Shown here: in pieces, positions 6,504 through 12,120 of the stretch
Position numbering within the stretch: position 1 is the first letter of the stretch
Layout of the letters: each line of letters begins with the position of its first letter
Assembly: GCA_039028535.1 (NCBI GenBank)
Contig: JBCCHX010000116.1
Location: 1-12,120, forward strand
DNA length: 12,120 bases
From: Cyanobacteria bacterium P01_B01_bin.77
GTDB taxonomy: Bacteria; Cyanobacteriota; Cyanobacteriia; Phormidesmidales; Phormidesmidaceae
Direction of reading: 5' to 3'
Program-made: the position numbers and the translations under genes
The notes under the pieces: model-generated
Databases searched by the model: none
Told to the model about the DNA's origin: nothing
Seen by the model: the letters and a program-made list of their open reading frames with translations, nothing else

Positions 6504-7913
6504 ATGGTTACTACTCTTGCCCAAATCGACGTATGGCGGCAAACATCCAGAGAAAATTCAAAGCTGGAATTCAAGGAAGCAAAGAGAAGCTTTGACAAAA
6601 ATAAGCTCTACCGTTATTGCGTAGCTATTGCCAACGAAGGCGGTGGACACCTTTTACTAGGCATTACAGATTCCCGTCCCCGCACTGTCGTTGGCAGTGC
6701 GGCATTTCCTGACACTGATAGCATTACCGAAAAGCTATTTACAGTTTTGCGCTTTCGAGTGGATGTGGAAGTTGTCAATCACCCCGATGGCAGAGTTGTA
6801 GTTTTCCATATCCCATCTCGCCCCACAGGTACTGCATATAGTTACGACGGAGCCTACCTCATGCGCTCTGGTGAAAACCTGGTACCTATGACCGAGGACC
6901 AGCTCCGCAGAATCTTTGCTGAGGGGCAACCCGACTGGCTTGGTGGGATATCAAGAGCTAATTGCACAGATGAAGACATCGTGCGTCTACTAGATACCCA
7001 AAGCTACTACGATCTTCAAGATCGCACCTATCCGAGTACTCGTACAGAAGTTTTACGCAAGCTAGAGCTAGAGCACCTGATAATCGCCACCACTGGTGGT
7101 TGGAACATAACCCGTATGGGAGCGTTGCTCTTTGCCAAACGCATTGAGGATTTTTCAGATCTGCAACCTAAAGCACCACGTTTCATCGTCTACGAAAACA
7201 ATAACAAGCTCAACACTCGCATGGACATCTTTGGAGGGAAAGGCTATGCCGTTGGGTTTACGGGCTTAGTAGATTTCATCATGGCCCAGGCTCCTCAAAG
7301 TGAAGTCCTCAGCGGAGCACTACGGGAATCAGTCAAGATGTTTCCTGAGGAAGCAGTACGTGAATTAGTAGCAAATGCCCTCATCCATCAAGATTTTGCC
7401 CAGGACGGTCCCTCAGTCAGGATTGAACTCTATTCAGATCGGCTAGAAATTAGTAACCTGGGTCTTCCGCCCATTGATGTGGAACGATTCATCGATGAGG
7501 ACAAGTCCCGTAATGAGCGCCTGGCCGATCTGATGCGTCGTCTCAGAATTTGTGAGCGTAAAGGCAGTGGCTTCGACCGAGTGGTTAATGCGGCTGAAGA
7601 CTATCAGTTACCGGCTCCGGATATCCGTATCGGCTCATTACATACCTCCGTCGTGTTATTTGCCCATAAGGAATTCAAAGAGATGGACCGTGACGAGCGT
7701 ATTCGGGCCACTTATCAGCACTGCTGCCTGAGGTATGTAATGAATGAAAAAATGACCAATAAGTCCCTCAGAAAACGTTTTCAGCTACCCGACAAGAAAA
7801 CGGAACCCGTATCCCGAGCAATCCGTGAAGCCCTCGACTCACAGCTGATCAAACCGGCTGATCCATCAGTGACATCTACTCGCTATCGCAGCTATATCCC
7901 CCAATGGGCATGA
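6504..7913 (+). CDS. AlbA_2 (Schlafen-like, 'divergent AAA') + HATPase_c_4 + C-terminal winged-helix protein; putative nucleic-acid-binding regulator / ATP-binding protein
   Basis: 469-aa ORF with AAGGA 13 nt upstream of ATG 6504. The N-terminus LEFKEA...YCVAIANEGGGHLLLGITD...VVG matches the AlbA_2 signature as I recall it. The central ELVANALIHQDF...IELYSDRLEISNLG...RNERLADLMRRLRICERKGSGFDRV matches the HATPase_c_4 (RecG-like C-terminal) pattern. The C-terminal MTNKSLRKRF...VSRAIREALDSQLIK...YIPQWA looks like a wHTH. Confidence 0.8.
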   Translation: MVTTLAQIDVWRQTSRENSKLEFKEAKRSFDKNKLYRYCVAIANEGGGHLLLGITDSRPRTVVGSAAFPDTDSITEKLFTVLRFRVDVEVVNHPDGRVVVFHIPSRPTGTAYSYDGAYLMRSGENLVPMTEDQLRRIFAEGQPDWLGGISRANCTDEDIVRLLDTQSYYDLQDRTYPSTRTEVLRKLELEHLIIATTGGWNITRMGALLFAKRIEDFSDLQPKAPRFIVYENNNKLNTRMDIFGGKGYAVGFTGLVDFIMAQAPQSEVLSGALRESVKMFPEEAVRELVANALIHQDFAQDGPSVRIELYSDRLEISNLGLPPIDVERFIDEDKSRNERLADLMRRLRICERKGSGFDRVVNAAEDYQLPAPDIRIGSLHTSVVLFAHKEFKEMDRDERIRATYQHCCLRYVMNEKMTNKSLRKRFQLPDKKTEPVSRAIREALDSQLIKPADPSVTSTRYRSYIPQWA

Positions 7914-8100
7914 TGTCTCTTTAGATTTAGGCCATATTTTGAGAGCTATTGTCTCCGGAATCACTGGCATATAAAGGTTTTCTTCTTTAGACGCTAATTC
8001 CTATCGATTGAGTTCTTCTTTAGATTCAGGCCGCTTCTAGAGACCCCATTTCCCTGAAACTATTGATATACAAAGGTTTTCTTCTTTAGACGCTAATTCC
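7914..8100. repeat. Diverged tandem duplication (units about 88 and 99 bp) carrying four copies of (T)TCTTTAGA
   Basis: An exact 29-nt repeat AAAGGTTTTCTTCTTTAGACGCTAATTCC occurs at 7973-8001 and 8072-8100. Each unit also starts with CTTTAGATT(T/C)AGGCC (about 7918 and about 8018). The interiors align at roughly two-thirds identity by eye. Confidence 0.7.
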
Positions 8101-8618
8101 CATTCCATTTGCGCCTTTTCACGATAGAGACGGATACTTTCTGATTCGTCAGTTCAACCAGTAGCAGGTTTCAAAACGCCGCAACCACTCCAGAAAGAAA
8201 GGCGCGAATGCTTAGTAGGGGATTGATTTGGATGGTTACGCAGTGCGTAGAGACTGTAATCGGTAGAGTTGCGATCTCATAGTCAACTGCAGCAGCAGTT
8301 TCTTCAGCTGATCGACTGGCACCCTATATCTACTGACCACTGCATCTACTGGCCACTGCCCTATCTGGGGCTGCTCCTTTCATAGCCGATACAGTGCCAG
8401 GGGTAATATGCGACCCTTACTTCTCATCTATTAGGGTCAAATCGAAAGAAACGCCAGCAGTTGGGGTCGAGTAGAGCAAAGCTATCGATTGGCTAAGAGT
8501 GGTTGAAATTCAAATGCTCAAAATATCATTCGAGGCTTTAGGGTCAAATCCTTCAAGATCAGTGGCTTTCACTTTTGCTGCCATGTCAACGGTGTTTCCA
8601 TGACCAAGTGTAGGTCTG

Positions 8619-8750
8619 AAACCTATATGGTGAAGGACTTCTGGCGATGTGTAGGACTTGAAAAATAGTGTATAGGACTATGTGTAGGGCTAAAACCTAT
8701 ATAGTGAAGGACTTTTAGAGATGTGAAGGACTTTTCTTGTAGACTAGGAT
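8619..8750. repeat. Iteron-like cluster of TG(T/A)(G/A)(A/T)AGGACT motifs, including a 41-nt direct repeat
   Basis: AAACCTATATGGTGAAGGACTTCTGGCGATGTGTAGGACTT (8619-8659) is repeated as AAACCTATATAGTGAAGGACTTTTAGAGATGTGAAGGACTT (8693-8733). Further TAGGACT / TAGGGCT / AGACTAGGA copies lie between and after them, giving 6-7 copies of the AGGACT core spaced 13-21 nt apart. Confidence 0.6.
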
Positions 8751-8863
8751 GGCGATAAAAATCAAAAAAAGAGCAATGCTGAATGGTTGCAGTTTGTCGC
8801 CTCCTATAAAAAATTAACCCCTGAAAGCGCTGACAGGAAAAGCTTTCAATCATATAAGCTTAC

Positions 8864-8908
8864 GCTTTGGGGTAGTAGGGGTCGTGGGTTCAAATCCCGC
8901 CGCTCCGA
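8864..8908 (+). tRNA. 3' fragment of tRNA-Pro(GGG), anticodon loop to discriminator; not a complete gene; probable att-site remnant
   Basis: Anticodon loop TTGGGGT (8867-8873; U33, GGG anticodon, G37). Variable loop GGGTC. T-arm GTGGG-TTCAAAT-CCCGC (8884-8900). Acceptor 3' strand CGCTCCG (8901-8907), implying the C1-G72 pair typical of bacterial tRNA-Pro. Discriminator A at 8908. No CGGAGCG 5' acceptor strand or D-arm exists upstream, and anticodon-stem pairing breaks down 5' of about 8864. Confidence 0.75.
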
Positions 8909-8917
8909 TTTAATTGG

Positions 8918-8940
8918 AACCCGCTCATTGAGCGGGTTTT
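8918..8940 (+). terminator. Rho-independent terminator after the tRNA-Pro fragment
   Basis: 9-bp stem AACCCGCTC (8918-8926) / GAGCGGGTT (8930-8938), loop ATT, running into TTTT (8937-8940). Confidence 0.7.
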
Positions 8941-8995
8941 GTCATATTTATCAAGCCTTTTGAGCCTTGCCTTATGGGGTGGGTTCATCAAAATA

Positions 8996-9044
8996 TTGGG
9001 TCACTTTTGGTCAGTTTGGGTAGCATTTGGGTATGAGTTGGGTA
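8996..9044 (+). promoter_or_regulatory. Helically phased heptamer repeats upstream of the integrase start (candidate arm-type/operator sites)
   Basis: TTGGGTA occurs at 9016-9022, 9027-9033 and 9038-9044, an exact 11-bp period. It is preceded by TTGGGTC (8996-9002) and TTTGGTC (9006-9012) at about 10-bp spacing. The array ends 6 nt before ATG 9051. Confidence 0.5.
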
Positions 9045-9050
9045 TGAAAT

Positions 9051-9374
9051 ATGCCACAAACAACCCGAAAAAAATCGCCCAAAGGCACCGTCTCGGTTGA
9101 GGAATATCAGAGTCGATTGCGGCTCAGGTAGCGGCACCTGGGTAAGCGATACGCCTTATCCATAGGGCTTCCAGACTCTAAGGTCAACCGCCAGGTAGCA
9201 CAGCAAAAGGCGACGATCATTGAGCTGGATATTGCGTCGGGCAACTTTGACCTGACCATGAAAAAGTACAAGCCTCATACCCAAAATAGCGAAGGCCTTG
9301 CTGTGGTGGGCCTTTTCGAGCTTTTTATGGAGTACAAGGCGAAGCGGTTATTGCCCAGAAGTTTGGATAAGTAG
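9051..9374 (+). pseudogene. Tyrosine recombinase (phage-type integrase) N-terminal arm-binding region; in-frame TAG and truncated by IS insertion
   Basis: Translation is MPQTTRKKSPKGTVSVEEYQSRLRLR*RHLGKRYALSIGLPDSKVNRQVAQQKATIIELDIASGNFDLTMKKYKPH...LPRSLDK. TAG 9129-9131 sits where integrases of this type have Trp (LRLRW). The pattern matches the N-terminal (DUF3596-like) domain of integrases as I recall it. The reading frame runs into the IS inverted repeat at 9367, and no catalytic domain follows anywhere in the window. Confidence 0.7.
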
Positions 9375-10393
9375 GGTTTGCTGTTGAAGTCCAGCCTTGA
9401 TACTCAGCAAGGGTTTCATACTATTGAGATAGGCTTAAGTGCACTGAAAAGTAGCTAAAATGCTCAAAACCCTTGCACCTATTGCGGGTCATGCACCGAC
9501 ACTCTTCCCCTAGCCAGCTATCGTTCCAAGACTTTTATTTGCCGTGCCGAAACCTAGGTCACATTGACCAGTTAATCGAAGCAGGCGCAACGCTTGCAGC
9601 GCTGAATTCACAGGAGTATAAGACTCTGTTGGTAATTCATGAGGTGTATCGCCAACAACAGCATATGTATCAACATAAGCAGCGACGGATTGATGACCGC
9701 CTTGTGAGTCTTTCACAGCCCCATGTGCGCCCCATTGTTCGCGGTAAAGCTGGGACTCCAGTGGAATTTGGAGCCAAATTCGCCATTAGTTGTGTGGCCG
9801 GGTATGTGTTCCTCGACCATCTCAGTTGGGATAACTTCAATGAATCTGAGGACTTGATACCTCAGATAGAACGGTTTCGAACCCGCACCGGCCACTATCC
9901 TGCCTCCGTGCATGCCGACCAGATTTATCGGACACGCGAGAACTTGAGATGGTGCAAACGGCATAGCATCCGTCTGAGTGGTCCGCCCTTAGGCCGACCG
10001 TCGCTCGATGAAACCCAACAAGCCCTCCTTCGACAACGAGCCCGAGACGATGAGAGCGTTCGTGTTGCCGTCGAAGATAAGTTTGGTCGGGCCAAACGAC
10101 GATTTGGCCTCGGACGGGTGATGGCCAAACTTGCCCAAACCGTCGAAACCATGATTGCCATCACCTGTTTAGTGATCAACTTGGAGAAACGGCTACGCCG
10201 TTTTATTGGCTTGGTGTTGATGGTATTGATTCGGTTACTACGGAGCTATCGGGCAACTATACGTCCCTTTGTGGCAAGAGTAAGCGATAACTGGTTTAAA
10301 AACGTCGACTATCAGCAAGGCTATACTGACCACGCCTGCGCTGCCGGATAACCCCTGAGATTTTTACTGAGTTTTTCAGCAAGCCCTACTTAT
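9367..10393 (+). mobile_element. IS5-family insertion sequence, internally deleted (non-autonomous) derivative, 1027 bp
   Basis: Terminal inverted repeats are ATAAGTAGGGTTTGCTG (9367-9383) and CAGCAAGCCCTACTTAT (10377-10393), matching at 16 of 17 positions. They enclose a transposase ORF that lacks its middle part. No clear target-site duplication is visible, and the two flanks are unrelated (integrase on one side, IS1 fragment on the other). Confidence 0.7.
9491..10351 (+). CDS. IS5-family DDE transposase, internally deleted and probably inactive
   Basis: The likely native start is ATG 9491 (MHRHSSPSQLSFQDFYLP, the usual N-terminus of this transposase type); the ORF track opens at TTG 9473. 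After FYLP the sequence jumps to the C-terminal two-thirds: SQPHVRPIVRGKAGTPVEFGAK...NESEDL...HADQIYRTRENLRWCKRHSIRLSGPPLGRP...RVAVEDKFGRAKRRFGLGRVMAKL...NLEK. The DUF772-like region and the first catalytic Asp region appear to be missing. The product is 286 aa, against roughly 450-500 aa expected for full-length relatives (from memory). Confidence 0.65.
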   Translation: MHRHSSPSQLSFQDFYLPCRNLGHIDQLIEAGATLAALNSQEYKTLLVIHEVYRQQQHMYQHKQRRIDDRLVSLSQPHVRPIVRGKAGTPVEFGAKFAISCVAGYVFLDHLSWDNFNESEDLIPQIERFRTRTGHYPASVHADQIYRTRENLRWCKRHSIRLSGPPLGRPSLDETQQALLRQRARDDESVRVAVEDKFGRAKRRFGLGRVMAKLAQTVETMIAITCLVINLEKRLRRFIGLVLMVLIRLLRSYRATIRPFVARVSDNWFKNVDYQQGYTDHACAAG

Positions 10394-10564
10394 ATGACGA
10401 GAGTAGAAGGCGAGAACACACGGTTACGGCATTACCTAGCTCGTTTGCATCGCAAGACGTTGTGTTATTCGAAGTCGCTCGAGATATTGAAGCATGCCTT
10501 GCGCTTGTTGATTCACTATCTCAAGTTTGGGGAGGTGCCGCTGCCGCCTAGATTCATCCCTTGA
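10394..10564 (+). pseudogene. IS1-family transposase (InsB-like) C-terminal fragment
   Basis: Translation is (MTR)VEGENTRLRHYLARLHRKTLCYSKSLEILKHALRLLIHYLKFGEVPLPPRFIP*. This matches the E. coli IS1 InsB C-terminus pattern [27 protein letters not shown]. Only about 55 residues are present, and the fragment starts directly at the right end of the IS5-like element. Confidence 0.65.
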
Positions 10565-10668
10565 TTCAGCAACGCTAACAGGTTCATGTGACTTTTTAAC
10601 ACAGCATGGAGAAGCTCTGATCAAGCAATGGTAATTTCAGCTATGGAAGACGGGGTGTAATTAGCACT

Positions 10669-12120
10669 ATGACGAGTACAATCCAAACTTCACCAAAGTT
10701 AGCCCACTGCTCTGTAGAGCAGTGGAAAAGGTTGCTACAGTCTATAGAAAGTACCCTGCTGGTAATGCCAACAGGGAGTGGTAAAACCTGGACAGCACGG
10801 CAGTCTTTGAAGCAGTGGGCCGAGCAAGGATATTTGGGAGTTTATCTTTCTCCCTTAAAGGCGTTGGCTCAGGAGCAGGTTAATGTCTTAAGACGAGATT
10901 TTCCTCATCTGAAGGTTGGGCTCTTTACTGGAGAAGTAACTGAGAACCCAAGAGATGTTCAAATTCTGGTGGCAACCCATGAGAAGTTTGATGTTTATTT
11001 AAAGCGCCCTAAGCTGTATCTCGATTGGCTGGCACGGATTGGAGTAGTGGTGGTGGATGAGATTCATCTGCTAGCCGATCCACAGCGGGGCGGACGCTTG
11101 GAGTCCCTGCTTGTGCGGCTGCAAGAGGTGAATCCTTTTGTGCAAGTTTTAGGTCTCTCGGCCACACTTACGAATGCAGATGAGCTATCTAGTTGGTTAA
11201 AGGGAAGAGTATTACGGGGTGGAACTCGTCCTGTTTCTTTAGAAACGGAGTTTCTTCGATATAAAACTGAGGAACAAAAAATAGATTGTTTACTTTCTCG
11301 GTTGGCTTGCGGGCGTGAAGAAGGTGGTCAAACGCTGATCTTTGTTGCCACACGCCGTAGGGCAGAAACCTTAGAGACCTTCCTTAGCCAACAAGGATAT
11401 AGGGTTAAGCATCATCATTCAGGTCTGTGGCCCCAAGAACGATTAGAGGTTGAAGGGGCATTTCGAGCTGGACAATTAGAAGTCTTGGTGGCAACTCCCA
11501 CCCTAGAGATGGGGGTCAACCTTCCGGCACGTCGGGTGATTCTTTATGACACGTATCAGTTTAATGGAGAAGGGTTTGAACCGCTCTCCGTCCAATCATT
11601 TTTACAGCGTATTGGTCGAGCGGGGCGACCAGGACTTGATACTAAGGGAGAGGCGTTTGTATTGTTACCGGCCTGGGCGGATGATGGTCCTTATCAGCGA
11701 GGAATTCCAGAAAAGGTTTTTTCTCGTCTTGGTCGCTCCCAGATATTAAGTCAGTTCTTTTTAGATTTAATTGAAGCAGGATTGGCCCAGAGCACTGAGG
11801 ATTTGAAGTGGATTTACCAACGGACACTCCATGCTCACCAACAGTCTGAAGTAGATCTAGAGGGGACCTTAGCACTGCTGCTAGATGAGGGATTCATTGC
11901 TAAGAAAGAAGATGGTCTGCGGGTGACCTATTTGGGCCGGATTACGGCTCGATTATCTTTGAGCCCAATGGATCTGGTGCTAAGTCGTAAGCTGATTGAC
12001 CTGGATGCGAAAACGCCCTATGACCTGATATTGGTTGTATCGCTGTGGTCTAGTCTATCGCCTCGCTTATGGTGCGCGTTAGAAGATATTGAGCTGATGC
12101 AGGAAGCTTTAGACGGGATG
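10669..12120 (+). CDS. Superfamily-2 DExH helicase, Ski2/Hel308-like (COG1204-type); 3'-partial, continues beyond the window
   Basis: I translated 484 codons from ATG 10669 to the window end with no stop codon. This ORF is not in the supplied track, presumably because it has no stop in the window. Helicase motifs present: I MPTGSGKT (10765-10788), Ia LSPLKALA, II VVVDEIH (DEIH at 11056-11067), III LSATLTN, IV LIFVATRR, V VATPTLEMGVNLPA, and VI QRIGRAGRPG (11605-11634). A TGA at 10618-10620 closes the frame upstream. Confidence 0.85.
   Translation, partial: MTSTIQTSPKLAHCSVEQWKRLLQSIESTLLVMPTGSGKTWTARQSLKQWAEQGYLGVYLSPLKALAQEQVNVLRRDFPHLKVGLFTGEVTENPRDVQILVATHEKFDVYLKRPKLYLDWLARIGVVVVDEIHLLADPQRGGRLESLLVRLQEVNPFVQVLGLSATLTNADELSSWLKGRVLRGGTRPVSLETEFLRYKTEEQKIDCLLSRLACGREEGGQTLIFVATRRRAETLETFLSQQGYRVKHHHSGLWPQERLEVEGAFRAGQLEVLVATPTLEMGVNLPARRVILYDTYQFNGEGFEPLSVQSFLQRIGRAGRPGLDTKGEAFVLLPAWADDGPYQRGIPEKVFSRLGRSQILSQFFLDLIEAGLAQSTEDLKWIYQRTLHAHQQSEVDLEGTLALLLDEGFIAKKEDGLRVTYLGRITARLSLSPMDLVLSRKLIDLDAKTPYDLILVVSLWSSLSPRLWCALEDIELMQEALDGM

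Noticed and set aside
2327-6929. Minus-strand ORFs 2327-2536, 3685-3909, 3909-4091, 4711-5286, 5678-5863 and 6735-6929 (and 1458-1844 within the first gene)
   Set aside because: Each lies entirely antisense within a long + strand ORF that has strong domain signatures. Their translations are low-complexity or Leu/Ser/Pro/Arg-rich, as expected from antisense reading. The 191-aa one merely mirrors the repeat array.
7914-8100. The tandem units as a mini CRISPR array or as MITE termini
   Set aside because: There are only two units. The conserved parts are direct rather than inverted, and there is no repeat-spacer regularity or terminal inverted repeat. I kept it as an unexplained tandem duplication instead.
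8510-8584. 24-aa minus-strand mini-ORF MAAKVKATDLEGFDPKASNDILSI
   Set aside because: It is too short to support. It overlaps one copy of the 13-nt repeat, which appears in a different frame at its other copy, arguing against coding constraint. It may be a remnant of an eroded gene, but this cannot be supported.
8623-8853. 76-aa minus-strand ORF
   Set aside because: It spans the AGGACT iteron cluster and A-rich tracts. Its sequence has no recognisable motifs and I saw no ribosome-binding context. It is more likely a chance ORF in repeat DNA.
8800-8908. A complete tRNA gene, or the 3' end of a tmRNA (ssrA)
   Set aside because: No complementary 5' acceptor strand (CGGAGCG) or D-arm lies within about 110 nt upstream. 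The presence of a bona fide anticodon loop (TTGGGGT) and the lack of a G3:U70-compatible acceptor argue against the tmRNA tRNA-like domain. I therefore called it a tRNA-Pro 3' fragment.
9510-10624. Minus-strand ORFs 9510-9716, 9713-9964, 9925-10179 and 10436-10624
   Set aside because: They are antisense to the IS5-type transposase frame or the IS1-type fragment, both of which have clear family motifs on the + strand. Their Arg/Pro/Ser-rich translations are typical of antisense artefacts.
11546-11875. ORFs 11546-11749 (+) and 11642-11875 (-) from the track
   Set aside because: Both fall inside the helicase reading frame (10669 to the window end) in alternative frames. The helicase frame carries motifs V and VI across exactly this interval.

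Overview
All supported genes and gene remnants are on the + strand, with a repeat-dense non-coding junction between them. All homology calls below rest on motif recognition by eye, because no searches could be run.

(i) 46-1938: an AT-rich 630-aa ORF with PD-(D/E)xK nuclease-like motifs, suspected McrC/LlaJI type. It is closed by a clean rho-independent terminator at 2064-2092, after which G+C rises sharply.

(ii) 2181-2606: a 141-aa protein with a hydrophobic N-terminal helix, an amphipathic helical body and a duplicated G/N/Q-rich C-terminal motif.

(iii) 2721-6296: a 1191-aa NB-ARC (APAF-1/plant R-protein type) STAND NTPase. It carries 21 tandem 31-32-aa helical repeats and has no N-terminal effector domain.

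ORFs (ii) and (iii) share one reading frame. They are separated only by a single TGA (2604-2606) plus 38 sense codons. This is the most interesting feature of the window: a candidate effector + NLR conflict/defence module that is either naturally split, regulated by a leaky stop, or freshly broken.

(iv) 6504-7913: an AlbA_2 (Schlafen-like) / HATPase_c_4 / winged-helix protein.

(v) 7914-9050: about 1.1 kb with no credible ORF. It holds a diverged tandem duplication, an AGGACT iteron cluster, a 3' fragment of tRNA-Pro(GGG) with its terminator, and helically phased TTGGGTA heptamers.

(vi) 9051-9374: the N-terminus of a tyrosine integrase with an in-frame TAG.

(vii) 9367-10393: a 1027-bp IS5-family deletion derivative with 17-bp inverted repeats, which cuts the integrase.

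(viii) 10394-10564: an IS1-family transposase C-terminal fragment abutting the IS5-like element.

(ix) 10669 to the window end: a Ski2/Hel308-like SF2 helicase ORF that runs off the window and is missing from the supplied ORF track.

Overall this looks like an accessory/defence island junction, possibly from a cyanobacterium-like genome (inference only).
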